From: Burkholderiales bacterium UBA4615
GTDB taxonomy: Bacteria > Pseudomonadota > Gammaproteobacteria > Burkholderiales > Burkholderiaceae_E
Assembly: GCA_002386465.1 (NCBI GenBank)
Contig: DGIT01000140.1
Location: 89,354-153,353 of the forward strand
Direction of reading: 5' to 3'
Length of the DNA stretch: 64,000 bases
Shown in pieces: positions 41,813-50,735 of the stretch. Position numbers and translations under genes: made by a program. Each line of letters starts with the position of its first letter. The stretch's first letter is position 1. The notes under the pieces were generated by a model. The model saw only the letters and a list, made by a program, of their open reading frames with translations. It was not told where the DNA came from and searched no databases.

Positions 41813-43753
41813 TCAGGCCGTCTGGGGCTGACGGTCCTGGGGAGCAGGGGCCGACAGTGCAGCCGACAGCTCAGCGCCAAGGCGCCCCAGTTCGGTCGCC
41901 TGCGCATCCAGCTGCACCCGTTCGTCTTCCAGCTGATCGATGCGGGTTTGCAGGGCGCCGCCTGCGTCCAGGATGCGCTGGATCGAATCGAGCCGCTGGC
42001 GCAGTTGGCCCTGATGCTCACGGATCTGCGACTCGATCGGTGTCAGCAGTGCTGCCAGCCACTGCTGGGCCGAGCGGTCGGCCACCTCGTACACAGCCCT
42101 CAGACGCACGGCCACAGTCTCGAAATAGCGACGTGTGAGCGACCATTTCTCGGTGGTCACCAGACTCATCGCGCCGAAGTGCCGATGCTGATAGGCGCTA
42201 ATGCGCTCGATCTCGGCCACGAAACGCTGCAGCGAAAACGTCGCGGGCGCCCCGAGCGCCAGGCCGTGATCACGGCCGAACTGTTGGTACATGGCGCCCA
42301 TGAGCGACTGCATCTCGTTGACCAGATGCTCAAGCTCGATGAAATCCACCCGTGCCGACTTCATGAGCGCATCCATGGCCTCACGCAGGCCCGACGACAG
42401 TCGGCTTGCGCGCATGCGCCGACGGGCCTCGCGCACATGGGTCTTGAGCTGACTGAGATGGACGCGCTGGCGGATCGCCGCATCGTGGCGCCGAAACACC
42501 ACGCGCAGCGCTTTCAGGCGCTGCAGGCTGCGGTCGAAGTCAGCCCGCTCATGGCGAATGCGCCGCGCGGTCTGCTCGATGGCCAGACGGTTGCGTCCGC
42601 GCAGCGACTGCAGCTCAAAGATCTGTTCCACCACACCACGACGACGGGCATCCAGCATGATCTGCTGGGCGCCGAACACCGCATCACATTCAAGGCGTAC
42701 CTGCTCACTCAACAGCGACTGACGCTGCGGGACGATCTCATGCCACAGGGCCCGCTCAAACGCTGCCAGCCGGCTGCGCGCAAGCAGCTCGGGGTCGCGA
42801 GTGATGCGCGCCACGAGGCCCTTTTGCGCCGACAGTGGAAACACCCGCGTGGTCGGCAGCTTGAGCGTCTGGGCAACAGTCGCCACTTGCCCGTCGATCT
42901 CGGCGTCAATCTGCTCGGGCGTACGCAGCGGGTCCCACAGTCCGTCGATCTTGTTGAGCACAACGAATCGGCCGCTCGCATGGGTCGGACTGATGCGCTC
43001 GCGCCAGACCTCGACATCGGTACGACTCACCCCGGCATCGGCCGCCAGAATGAAGACCACCGCATGCGCCGAGGGCAGCAGATTGAGCGTGAGCTCCGGC
43101 TCTGCACCCAGGGCATTGAGACCGGGCGTGTCGACCACCACCAGCCCCATGCGCAACAGCGGGTGCGGCAAATTCGCCACCGCATGTCGCCAGCGAGACA
43201 CCTCGACGCGATCATCGGCGTCGCGACCCAAGGGCATGCCGGGCTGCGCATCATCAAAGAGCCCCATCAGCACGGCATCGGCCAGCGACACCTTACGCGT
43301 CTCGCGCACGCACTCGAAGGCTGATCGCACGCTCGCCACATCATCGGGGTCGAACGGTACCGTGATCCATTCCTGATGCTGAGTGCGCAGCACCGACAGG
43401 GGCGTATCGCGCAGACGGGTCTCGATCGGCAGCAGTCGGATGCCCGGAGGCTGATCGGGGTCGTACATCAGTTCGGTCGGGCACATTGTCGTGCGACCGG
43501 CCGCGGAAGGCAGCACCCGCTGGCCATAGTCCGCCAGGAAGAGTGCATTGATGAGCTCAGACTTGCCCCGCGAAAACTCAGCCACGAACGCCACGGTCAT
43601 GCGCTCGTCGGCAAGTCGTTGACGCAGCGCGCTCAGCCGTTCGCGCTGCGCCGGCTCGGCCATCGATTCGGCCTCGGACCAATGGGCGTGGCGACGCAGC
43701 ACCTCGTCGATGCGCGCGCGCCAGGCTCCGTACGCTTGGATCCGTTCGTTCAA
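41813..43753 (-). CDS. Bacterial dynamin-like GTPase (dynamin family protein), function unknown
   Basis: G1 AEFSRGKSELINAL, G2 region GRTTMCPTE, G3 VVVDTPGLNAL, G4 VVLNKIDGL. A long helical, coiled-coil-rich C-terminal half follows. TTG start at 43753. Confidence 0.85.
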   Translation of the reverse strand: MNERIQAYGAWRARIDEVLRRHAHWSEAESMAEPAQRERLSALRQRLADERMTVAFVAEFSRGKSELINALFLADYGQRVLPSAAGRTTMCPTELMYDPDQPPGIRLLPIETRLRDTPLSVLRTQHQEWITVPFDPDDVASVRSAFECVRETRKVSLADAVLMGLFDDAQPGMPLGRDADDRVEVSRWRHAVANLPHPLLRMGLVVVDTPGLNALGAEPELTLNLLPSAHAVVFILAADAGVSRTDVEVWRERISPTHASGRFVVLNKIDGLWDPLRTPEQIDAEIDGQVATVAQTLKLPTTRVFPLSAQKGLVARITRDPELLARSRLAAFERALWHEIVPQRQSLLSEQVRLECDAVFGAQQIMLDARRRGVVEQIFELQSLRGRNRLAIEQTARRIRHERADFDRSLQRLKALRVVFRRHDAAIRQRVHLSQLKTHVREARRRMRASRLSSGLREAMDALMKSARVDFIELEHLVNEMQSLMGAMYQQFGRDHGLALGAPATFSLQRFVAEIERISAYQHRHFGAMSLVTTEKWSLTRRYFETVAVRLRAVYEVADRSAQQWLAALLTPIESQIREHQGQLRQRLDSIQRILDAGGALQTRIDQLEDERVQLDAQATELGRLGAELSAALSAPAPQDRQPQTA

Positions 43754-43855
43754 GCCGTTTGTATGGACAGAATGGGAATCAAAAAGCCTAGCACAGCGCG
43801 GGGGCGCCGTCGGTCACGCGTTCACCCGGGGCGGTGCCGCACGCGGGGGCAGGTG

Positions 43856-44677
43856 TCAGGTCTGACAGTGGGCGCACCAGTAGGTGGCGCGCTGCTGCTG
43901 GCGCAGCATCCGGATCGGGGCGGCACACACCCGGCACGGGTCACCGGCGCGGTCATACACGAAGCAGTCCAGCTGAAAGTAGCCGGTTTGTCCCTCACTG
44001 GACACGAAGTCACGCAGGGTGCTGCCTCCGGCGGCGATCGCTTCAGACAACGTGGCCCGGATGGCATCAGCGAGCCGATCGTAACGGGCGTGACTGATCC
44101 GCCCGGCAGCGGTGCTGGGGCGGATGCCGGCGCGAAACAGACTTTCGGACGCATAAATGTTGCCCACGCCCACCACCACGCTGCCCGACAGCAGCAAGGA
44201 CTTGATGGCCAGCTTGCGCCCGCGGGTCGCCTCAAAGAGCAGCCGCCCGTTGAATGCACTCGAGAACGGCTCAACTCCGAGTGAGGCCAGCAGTGGATGT
44301 GTCTCGGGTGGGCCGGCCGACGCGGGATGCCACAGGAGCGCACCGAACCGACGCGGATCGTTGAGCCTCAGCAGCCCGCGATCGAACACCAGATCGAAGT
44401 GATCATGGGCACGCAAAGGCGCATCAACGGCTTTCCAGGAGAAGGTGCCGGACATGCCCAGGTGAACAATCAGCCAGCCGTTCTCGAACGCCAGAAGCAG
44501 GTATTTGCCGCGGCGCCCGACCTGCAGGAGCACACGGCGGGCAAGCATGTTCGGCAGATCGGCCGGGATCGGCCAGCGCAGCGCCGGCACCCTGACCGTG
44601 ACGCCCTGCACCCGTCTGCCCGCCGCGCTGCCGGACAGACCGGCGCGCACCACTTCGACCTCGGGTAATTCAGGCAT
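43856..44677 (-). CDS. mutM: Formamidopyrimidine-DNA glycosylase
   Basis: N-terminal [10 protein letters not shown] (catalytic Pro2/Glu3), the H2TH region and the C-terminal zinc finger C..C....Q..R.TYWC..CQ. Confidence 0.95.
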   Translation of the reverse strand: MPELPEVEVVRAGLSGSAAGRRVQGVTVRVPALRWPIPADLPNMLARRVLLQVGRRGKYLLLAFENGWLIVHLGMSGTFSWKAVDAPLRAHDHFDLVFDRGLLRLNDPRRFGALLWHPASAGPPETHPLLASLGVEPFSSAFNGRLLFEATRGRKLAIKSLLLSGSVVVGVGNIYASESLFRAGIRPSTAAGRISHARYDRLADAIRATLSEAIAAGGSTLRDFVSSEGQTGYFQLDCFVYDRAGDPCRVCAAPIRMLRQQQRATYWCAHCQT

Positions 44678-44749
44678 GGATGCAATGCACGCTGGGCATA
44701 GGTCGCAAGCTCAATTGCCGCGCAGTGTAATCCAGCCTAAGATCGCCGG

Positions 44750-46624
44750 ATGAACTCCTCCAGCAGGCTTGCCGCAGCCATGATCGCTGTGGCCGTGGCC
44801 GGCTGCGCGACCCAGCCGGTCGTTGCGCCCTCGCCTTTCGCCAACCCTCCCGTTCTGCCCGCCGCCCGACCCGAGGCGCCCGTTGCGGACGTCCCTGCCA
44901 CCTCAGCCGAGGTCGCGCCCGTGCCCGCCCCGGTCCCCACACCCGCCGCCGAGCCTGCGAAGGCCGCCGCTGCGCCCGGTCCTGCTGCGCCCGACGACGG
45001 CCCGCTGCCGCAGGTCGAACTCTCACCGCAGATCCTGTTTCAGCTGCTGGCAGCCGATCTGGCTGTGCAACGGGGTGAATCGGGCGCGGCCTGGTCCACT
45101 TACCATGCTGTCGCGCGTCAAACCCGCGACCCGCGCCTGGCCGCCCGTGCCACCGAAATTGCGCTCAACAACCGGGCCCTGTCCGAAGCCACGCGCTCGG
45201 CGCAACTGTGGACCGAGCTCGCCCCCAATTCGGCCAATGCCACGCAGACGCTGCAAACGCTGCTGGTCGCCGGCGGCAAATGGGCGGAGCTGGAACCGCT
45301 CTATGCCCAACGCCTCGCGAAGGCCCGCGCAGACGGCACGCTCAACGACACGTACGCGGGGCTGCAGCGCGCACTCCTGCGCAGCGCCGAGCGCACAGGC
45401 GCCTGGCAGATGCTTCAGCGGCTCAGTGAACCCGATCTGTCCGTAGCGCAGGCCCGTCTGGTACGGGCAGCCGTGGCATCGGCGGCCAATGACACCGCCG
45501 CTGCGCTGGTCGAATCACGCGAAGCCATGCGCCTGGCCCCCGACAACGAAGACGCCGTGATCAGCACCGCCCGGCTGTTGGCACAGTCGCAGGACATCCC
45601 ACAGGCCATCAGCCTGCTCGACACCTATCTCTCGCGCCAGCCCAAGTCGCTTGAAGGTCGGTCGCTTTATGCGCGCCTGCTGCTGGCCTCGGGACAGTCC
45701 GAGCAGGCCCGTGCCCAGTTCGAACGTGCGCTCACAGACCACCCAGCCAATCCGTCGTTGCTGCTGGCGCTGGCGCAGGTCTCCTTGCAGGACAAGCAAC
45801 CTGGTGCAGCCCGCACGTATCTGCAGCGCCTGCTCGATCTGCCGAAAATCTCTCCGCGTGAGCGCAACCAGGGTCTGATGCTGATGGCCCAGGCGGCCGC
45901 CGATGCCGGCCAGGCCGACGAAGCGCAGCGGTGGCTGGCGCAGGTGCCGCGCGGCGAAGACTTTGTGATCGCCACCTCGCGCCGGGCGCTGCTGCTGGGC
46001 AAGTCGGGGCAACTGGACGCTGCACGCGAGCTGCTGCGCAACACTGAAGTCACCAGCACGCGCGAGCGCCTGCAACTGATCTCGGCCGAAGCGCAATTGC
46101 TGCGTGAAGCAGGACGGTCCCAGGAGGCCTTCGAGCTGCTCGATCGCAACGTGCAAATCTACCCCGATCAGCCCGATCTGCTCTACGACCACGGCATGGC
46201 TGCAGAGCGCGTCGACCGGATGGTCGACATGGAACGCTCGATGCGCCGAATCATCGAGATGCGGCCCGACAGCGCCCATGCCTACAACGCGCTCGGCTAT
46301 TCGCTGGCCGATCGCAACCAGCGCCTGGACGAAGCCCGCACGCTGATCGAAAAGGCCCTCTCGCTGTCACCCGACGATGCCCACATCCTCGACAGCATGG
46401 GCTGGGTGCTGTTTCGTCAAAAAGACCTCGAAGGTGCGCTCAGGTATCTGAACCGCGCCTGGTCGCTCAGCCAGGAAGCCGATATCGGCGCCCATCTGGG
46501 TGAAGTGCTGTGGGTGACCGGCCGGCAGGACGAAGCCCGCAGCTTGTGGCGCGAAGTGAACAAGCGTGATCCCGCCAACACCACCCTGCGCGAGACACTC
46601 ACCCGGCTGAATGTGGCGCTCTGA
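44750..46624 (+). CDS. Tetratricopeptide-repeat lipoprotein
   Basis: Lipobox AVAVAGC, a Pro/Ala-rich linker, then many TPR-like helical repeats (AHAYNALGYSLAD.., DAHILDSMGWVLFRQ). It sits upstream of lolB. Confidence 0.8.
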   Translation: MNSSSRLAAAMIAVAVAGCATQPVVAPSPFANPPVLPAARPEAPVADVPATSAEVAPVPAPVPTPAAEPAKAAAAPGPAAPDDGPLPQVELSPQILFQLLAADLAVQRGESGAAWSTYHAVARQTRDPRLAARATEIALNNRALSEATRSAQLWTELAPNSANATQTLQTLLVAGGKWAELEPLYAQRLAKARADGTLNDTYAGLQRALLRSAERTGAWQMLQRLSEPDLSVAQARLVRAAVASAANDTAAALVESREAMRLAPDNEDAVISTARLLAQSQDIPQAISLLDTYLSRQPKSLEGRSLYARLLLASGQSEQARAQFERALTDHPANPSLLLALAQVSLQDKQPGAARTYLQRLLDLPKISPRERNQGLMLMAQAAADAGQADEAQRWLAQVPRGEDFVIATSRRALLLGKSGQLDAARELLRNTEVTSTRERLQLISAEAQLLREAGRSQEAFELLDRNVQIYPDQPDLLYDHGMAAERVDRMVDMERSMRRIIEMRPDSAHAYNALGYSLADRNQRLDEARTLIEKALSLSPDDAHILDSMGWVLFRQKDLEGALRYLNRAWSLSQEADIGAHLGEVLWVTGRQDEARSLWREVNKRDPANTTLRETLTRLNVAL

Positions 46625-47231
46625 GGACGCATCCACCAGCGCGGTGGGCCTGGCCCGGCGCTCTGCCCTGCGTACAGCCAGGCGTGCAGCGCTTTGTGCG
46701 CTGCTGGGCGCCACCCTGCTGGTCGGCTGCGCCTCGCCCACGCCTCCAGTAGTCTCAGGCGGGCCCACCGACCTGCGCGAGTGGTCCGGCCGATTCGCGG
46801 TATCGCTCAAACCCGAGGGCACCGATAGCCGCGAAGAAGGCGGCGGCGGGCGGTTCATGCTCACCCGCGTGGCTTCTGAGCCCAAAGCATCACTGGAGCT
46901 CCAGCTGCTGTCTCCCTTCGGGCAGGTCATGGCCAGCGGGCAGCGGCGGCCTGACGGGCGCGCCACGCTGACCCTGGCCAACGGCAGCATGCTCCAGGCA
47001 GCCTCGCTCGATGCCGTGATCGAACAGGCACTCGGCTGGTCGCTCCCGGTGGAGCGCCTGACCGACTGGCTCGACGACCGCTTTGAAGAAGTCGTGTCCC
47101 GCGATGCTCAGGGGCAGGTCGTGTCAGCGCGCGACAGCGGCTGGCGCATCCTGCGCGAGCCGCGCCGCTGGGAGCTTGAACGCAGCCAGCCCACCGGACG
47201 GCTGCGGGTCATCCTTGTTCTGGACAGGTAG
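46611..47231 (+). CDS. lolB: Outer-membrane lipoprotein LolB
   Basis: Lipobox LLVGCAS. Size and position (TPR-lolB-ispE) fit, with W.G.F.. and the LQLLSPFGQ pattern. Confidence 0.8.
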   Translation: MWRSEDASTSAVGLARRSALRTARRAALCALLGATLLVGCASPTPPVVSGGPTDLREWSGRFAVSLKPEGTDSREEGGGGRFMLTRVASEPKASLELQLLSPFGQVMASGQRRPDGRATLTLANGSMLQAASLDAVIEQALGWSLPVERLTDWLDDRFEEVVSRDAQGQVVSARDSGWRILREPRRWELERSQPTGRLRVILVLDR

Positions 47232-47235
47232 GCCC

Positions 47236-48123
47236 ATGACACCTGCGGAAATCCACGATGCCCCGGCACCAGCCAAGCTCAACCTTTTTTTGCATGTCAC
47301 CGGCCGGCGCGCCGACGGCTACCACGAGCTCGAAACCGCCTTTCAGCTGATCGACCTGCAAGACCGCGTACATCTGCGCCGTCGCGACGACGGGCAGATC
47401 ACCCGCCTTAACCCGCTGCCCGATGTCCCCCCCGAGCAGGACCTCACCGTCCGGGCGGCCAGACTGCTGCAGCAACGGGGGGCGACCGGGTTCGGGGTCG
47501 ACATCGGGCTGGACAAGCAGATTCCGATGGGCGGAGGCCTGGGCGGTGGCAGTTCGGACGCCGCCACGGTCCTGTTGGCACTCAATCGGCTCTGGGGCCT
47601 GGACAGACCGCAGGCCGAACTGGCCGAGCTGGGACTGGGACTGGGGGCCGATGTGCCGTTTTTCATCTTCGGACGCACCGCTCTGGCACGTGGCGTGGGC
47701 GAACAGCTTGAGCCGATCGAGCTGCCGCAGCGGTCCTTCGTGGTGATTGCGCCCCCGGTCGCCGTCCCGACGGCTAGCGTCTTTGGCGCTGCGGATTTGA
47801 CACGGAACACGCCGCCCCTCAAAATCGACGGTTCTCTGGATGAGCGGATCTGGCAGGGTCACAACGATCTGCAGCCGGTTGTCCTGAGGCGGTATCCGGC
47901 GGTGGCGTCGGCGCTCGCGGTCCTTTCAGACGCAGCGCGCTCGGCGGGGGTCAATCCCACACATGCCCGGATGTCGGGGTCGGGCGCTTGCGTATTTTGC
48001 CCGGCACCGTCGCATGCCATCGCAGACCGCATCGCGCAGCATGTTGCCAGGTTCGAAGTCGGGGCGGTTCGTGTGTGTCGCGGGCTGTCCAGACATCCGT
48101 TGGGGAGTCGCCAAGTTGGTTAA
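47236..48123 (+). CDS. ispE: 4-diphosphocytidyl-2-C-methyl-D-erythritol kinase
   Basis: [24 protein letters not shown] and the GHMP kinase motif [15 protein letters not shown]. The reading frame runs 23 nt into tRNA-Gln. Confidence 0.92.
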   Translation: MTPAEIHDAPAPAKLNLFLHVTGRRADGYHELETAFQLIDLQDRVHLRRRDDGQITRLNPLPDVPPEQDLTVRAARLLQQRGATGFGVDIGLDKQIPMGGGLGGGSSDAATVLLALNRLWGLDRPQAELAELGLGLGADVPFFIFGRTALARGVGEQLEPIELPQRSFVVIAPPVAVPTASVFGAADLTRNTPPLKIDGSLDERIWQGHNDLQPVVLRRYPAVASALAVLSDAARSAGVNPTHARMSGSGACVFCPAPSHAIADRIAQHVARFEVGAVRVCRGLSRHPLGSRQVG

Positions 48124-48174
48124 GGCACCGGATTTTGATTCCGGCATGCGAGGGTTCGAGTCCTTCCTCCCCAG
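48101..48174 (+). tRNA. tRNA-Gln (anticodon UUG)
   Basis: TGGGGAGTCGCCAAGTTGGTTAAGGCACCGGATTTTGATTCCGGCATGCGAGGGTTCGAGTCCTTCCTCCCCAG. The anticodon arm is CCGGA-TTTTGAT-TCCGG, and the sequence is close to E. coli tRNA-Gln. Confidence 0.9.
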
Positions 48175-48215
48175 CCCCCTTCTTCACGCAAGCACTCATG
48201 CCTCCGTCCAATACC

Positions 48216-49184
48216 ATGCAGCGTGATGCACTCCACCCGGAAGGCCTCATGGTCTTCACCGGCAACGCCATTCCGCTGCTGGCCAGCGCCGTGGCCGAGC
48301 ACCTGGGCATCGGGTTGGGCAAGGCCACCGTCGGTCGTTTCTCCGACGGCGAAGTCATGGTCGAGATTCTCGAAAACGTCCGCGGCAAGGATGTGTTCGT
48401 CCTGCAGTCCACCTGCGCGCCGACCAACGACAATCTGATGGAACTCATGGTCATGGTCGATGCGCTCAAGCGCGCCTCGGCCGGTCGCATCACCGCCGCA
48501 CTGCCCTACTTCGGCTATGCCCGCCAGGACCGCCGGGTACGCTCCTCGCGGGTCGCCATCAGCGCCAAGGTCGTGGCCAACATGCTTGAAGTGGCCGGCG
48601 TCGACCGTGTGCTGACCATGGATCTGCATGCCGATCAGATCCAGGGCTTCTTCGATATCCCGGTCGACAACATCTATGCCGCACCAGTGCTGCTGGCCGA
48701 CGTGGCCAGCCGCAAGCTCCAGGATCCGATCGTGGTCTCGCCCGACGTGGGTGGTGTGGTGCGCGCACGGGCATTGGCCAAGCGCCTGGACACCGATCTG
48801 GCGATCATCGACAAACGCCGTCCCAAGGCGAATGTCTCCGAGGTCATGAACATCATCGGCGAAGTCCGCGGGCGCACCTGCGTGATCATGGACGACATGG
48901 TCGACACCGCCGGTACGCTCACCAAAGCGGCCGATGCCCTGAAAGAACGGGGCGCCACGCGAGTACTCGCGTACTGCACGCATCCGGTGCTTTCGGGCAA
49001 CGCCGTCGAACGCGTCGACCGTTCCGCGCTCGACGAGCTCGTGGTCACCGACTCCATCCCACTGTCACTGGCCGGCCAGGCCAGCGACAAAATCCGTGTC
49101 ATCAGCTGTGCGCAAATGCTCTCAGAGACCATCCTGCGCATCAACCGCGCCGACTCGGTGTCGTCTTTGTTCGTCGACGAGTAG
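48216..49184 (+). CDS. prs: Ribose-phosphate pyrophosphokinase
   Basis: [17 protein letters not shown]...[27 protein letters not shown] and [11 protein letters not shown]. Alternative in-frame ATG at 48198. Confidence 0.93.
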   Translation: MQRDALHPEGLMVFTGNAIPLLASAVAEHLGIGLGKATVGRFSDGEVMVEILENVRGKDVFVLQSTCAPTNDNLMELMVMVDALKRASAGRITAALPYFGYARQDRRVRSSRVAISAKVVANMLEVAGVDRVLTMDLHADQIQGFFDIPVDNIYAAPVLLADVASRKLQDPIVVSPDVGGVVRARALAKRLDTDLAIIDKRRPKANVSEVMNIIGEVRGRTCVIMDDMVDTAGTLTKAADALKERGATRVLAYCTHPVLSGNAVERVDRSALDELVVTDSIPLSLAGQASDKIRVISCAQMLSETILRINRADSVSSLFVDE

Positions 49185-49325
49185 TTCATCGACGAGCCAC
49201 CCCATTCCCCGCAGTGTGCGGGGTGAAATCGCCGCCCTCGTGCGGCACAGGTCCTTGCCTTCGGGCAGGGTTGAAATGCCTGGCGCTCTGGTCGCGGAGC
49301 CCAGGAACTTTAGAAAGGAACTGCG

Positions 49326-49979
49326 ATGAAAGTAATCGCTACAGCACGTACTGCGCAAGGATCGGGTGCGAGCCGCCGACTGCGCCGAGCCGCCAAGGTC
49401 CCGGGCATCATTTATGGTGGCAGCACCCAGCCCACGGCCATCGAGCTCGACCACAACCCGCTCTACCATTCGCTGCGCGTCGAGGCTTTCCACTCGTCCC
49501 TGCTCGAAATGGAACTGGACGGCAAGAACGAACAGGTGCTGCTGCGTGACGTGCAGTGGCATGCCTACAAACCGCAAGTGCTGCACATTGACTTCCAGCG
49601 TGTCGAGGCCGACACCCGGATTCACATGAAGGTGCCGCTGCACTTCACACATCAGGACATCTCGCCTGCTGTGAAGGTGTCGGGCGCCATCGTGAGCCAT
49701 GTACTCACCGAGATCGATATCACCTGCCTTGCGGCCCAGCTGCCCAAGTACATTGAGGTCGATCTGTCAGGACTGACTGCCGGCCATCCGCTGCACCTGT
49801 CGTCAGTCAAGCTGCCCGAGGGCGTCAAGCCCGTGGTGCATGGCCGCGATACCGACCCGGTGCTGGTCGTGGCAACGGTCAAGGGTGGCGGTGAAGCTGA
49901 AGAGCCGGCCGCCGCTGCTGCGAAGGCTGCTCCTGCTGCCAAAGCTGCGCCCGCAGCCAAGCCCGCCGGCAAGAAGTAA
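49326..49979 (+). CDS. rplY: 50S ribosomal protein L25/general stress protein Ctc
   Basis: GSGASRRLRRAGKVPGIIYGG...LHIDFQRV with a C-terminal Ala/Lys-rich tail. It lies between prs and pth. Confidence 0.92.
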   Translation: MKVIATARTAQGSGASRRLRRAAKVPGIIYGGSTQPTAIELDHNPLYHSLRVEAFHSSLLEMELDGKNEQVLLRDVQWHAYKPQVLHIDFQRVEADTRIHMKVPLHFTHQDISPAVKVSGAIVSHVLTEIDITCLAAQLPKYIEVDLSGLTAGHPLHLSSVKLPEGVKPVVHGRDTDPVLVVATVKGGGEAEEPAAAAAKAAPAAKAAPAAKPAGKK

Positions 49980-50098
49980 CCGCTTGGGGCCTGTGCGCCC
50001 TCATTCAAGCGCCTGCAATCAAGCGGCTTGATTGAGTGCGTTCCTGCTGTGTCCGGGGACATTCGTCCTCTGGCACAGCCCCTCGCCCGATTCGATCC

Positions 50099-50695
50099 AT
50101 GACCACGATCCGGCTGATCGCAGGCCTGGGCAACCCGGGCACCGAACACGAAACCGACCGGCACAATGCCGGGTTCTGGTTCGTCGACCGCATCGCTCGG
50201 GCACACGGAGCCACCTGGCGCAGTGAGTCGCGGTTTCACGGCGACGTGGCGCGTGCCCAGATCGGCAGCACGGATGTCTGGCTGCTCAAGCCCACCACCT
50301 ACATGAACCGCTCAGGGCAGTCGGTATCATCGCTTGCACGCTTTTACCGCATCAGTCCGGCCGAAATACTCGTTGCCCACGACGAACTCGACCTCCCCCC
50401 TGGCACGGTCCGACTGAAACTCGGTGGGGGCAGTGGCGGGCACAACGGACTCAAGGACATTTCCGCTGCGATGGGCGGGCCGCAATACTGGCGGCTGCGC
50501 ATCGGCATCGGGCATCCGCGCGACCTTTACCCGGGGCGCGAAGTGATCGACTTCGTGCTGGCAAGACCTTCGCGGGAAGAGCAGCAGTCGATCGACACCC
50601 GCATGGAGCTCGCGCTGGATCAGGTCCCAGCCTTGACGCAAGGCCATTTCGAGCGGGCAGGCCAGCGTCTGCATACCCAAGCTCGCACTTCATGA
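50099..50695 (+). CDS. pth: Peptidyl-tRNA hydrolase
   Basis: IRLIAGLGNPGTEHETDRHNAGFWFVD, YMNRSGQSV and GGHNGLKDI. Confidence 0.95.
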   Translation: MTTIRLIAGLGNPGTEHETDRHNAGFWFVDRIARAHGATWRSESRFHGDVARAQIGSTDVWLLKPTTYMNRSGQSVSSLARFYRISPAEILVAHDELDLPPGTVRLKLGGGSGGHNGLKDISAAMGGPQYWRLRIGIGHPRDLYPGREVIDFVLARPSREEQQSIDTRMELALDQVPALTQGHFERAGQRLHTQARTS

Positions 50696-50735
50696 CTGGC
50701 ACGGCGGAGCGCGCCGGCATCGCTCTGGCAGCCTG

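Noticed and set aside
41636-43324. 562-aa plus-strand ORF antisense to the dynamin-like gene. The same applies to 9319-10524, 20164-21231, 22307-23260, 30717-31865, 32814-33878 and 38047-38895.
   Set aside because: All lie opposite confidently identified conserved genes and have His/Arg/Gly/Ala-biased low-information sequences with no motifs. They are shadow ORFs expected at this GC content.
41813-43753. Dynamin-like protein as an Eleos/Leo-type anti-phage defence system
   Set aside because: Those systems, as I recall them, comprise two or more dynamin-like genes in defence islands. Here there is a single gene in a core housekeeping context between mutM and mutY, with no neighbouring defence genes. 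A defence role cannot be excluded from sequence alone.
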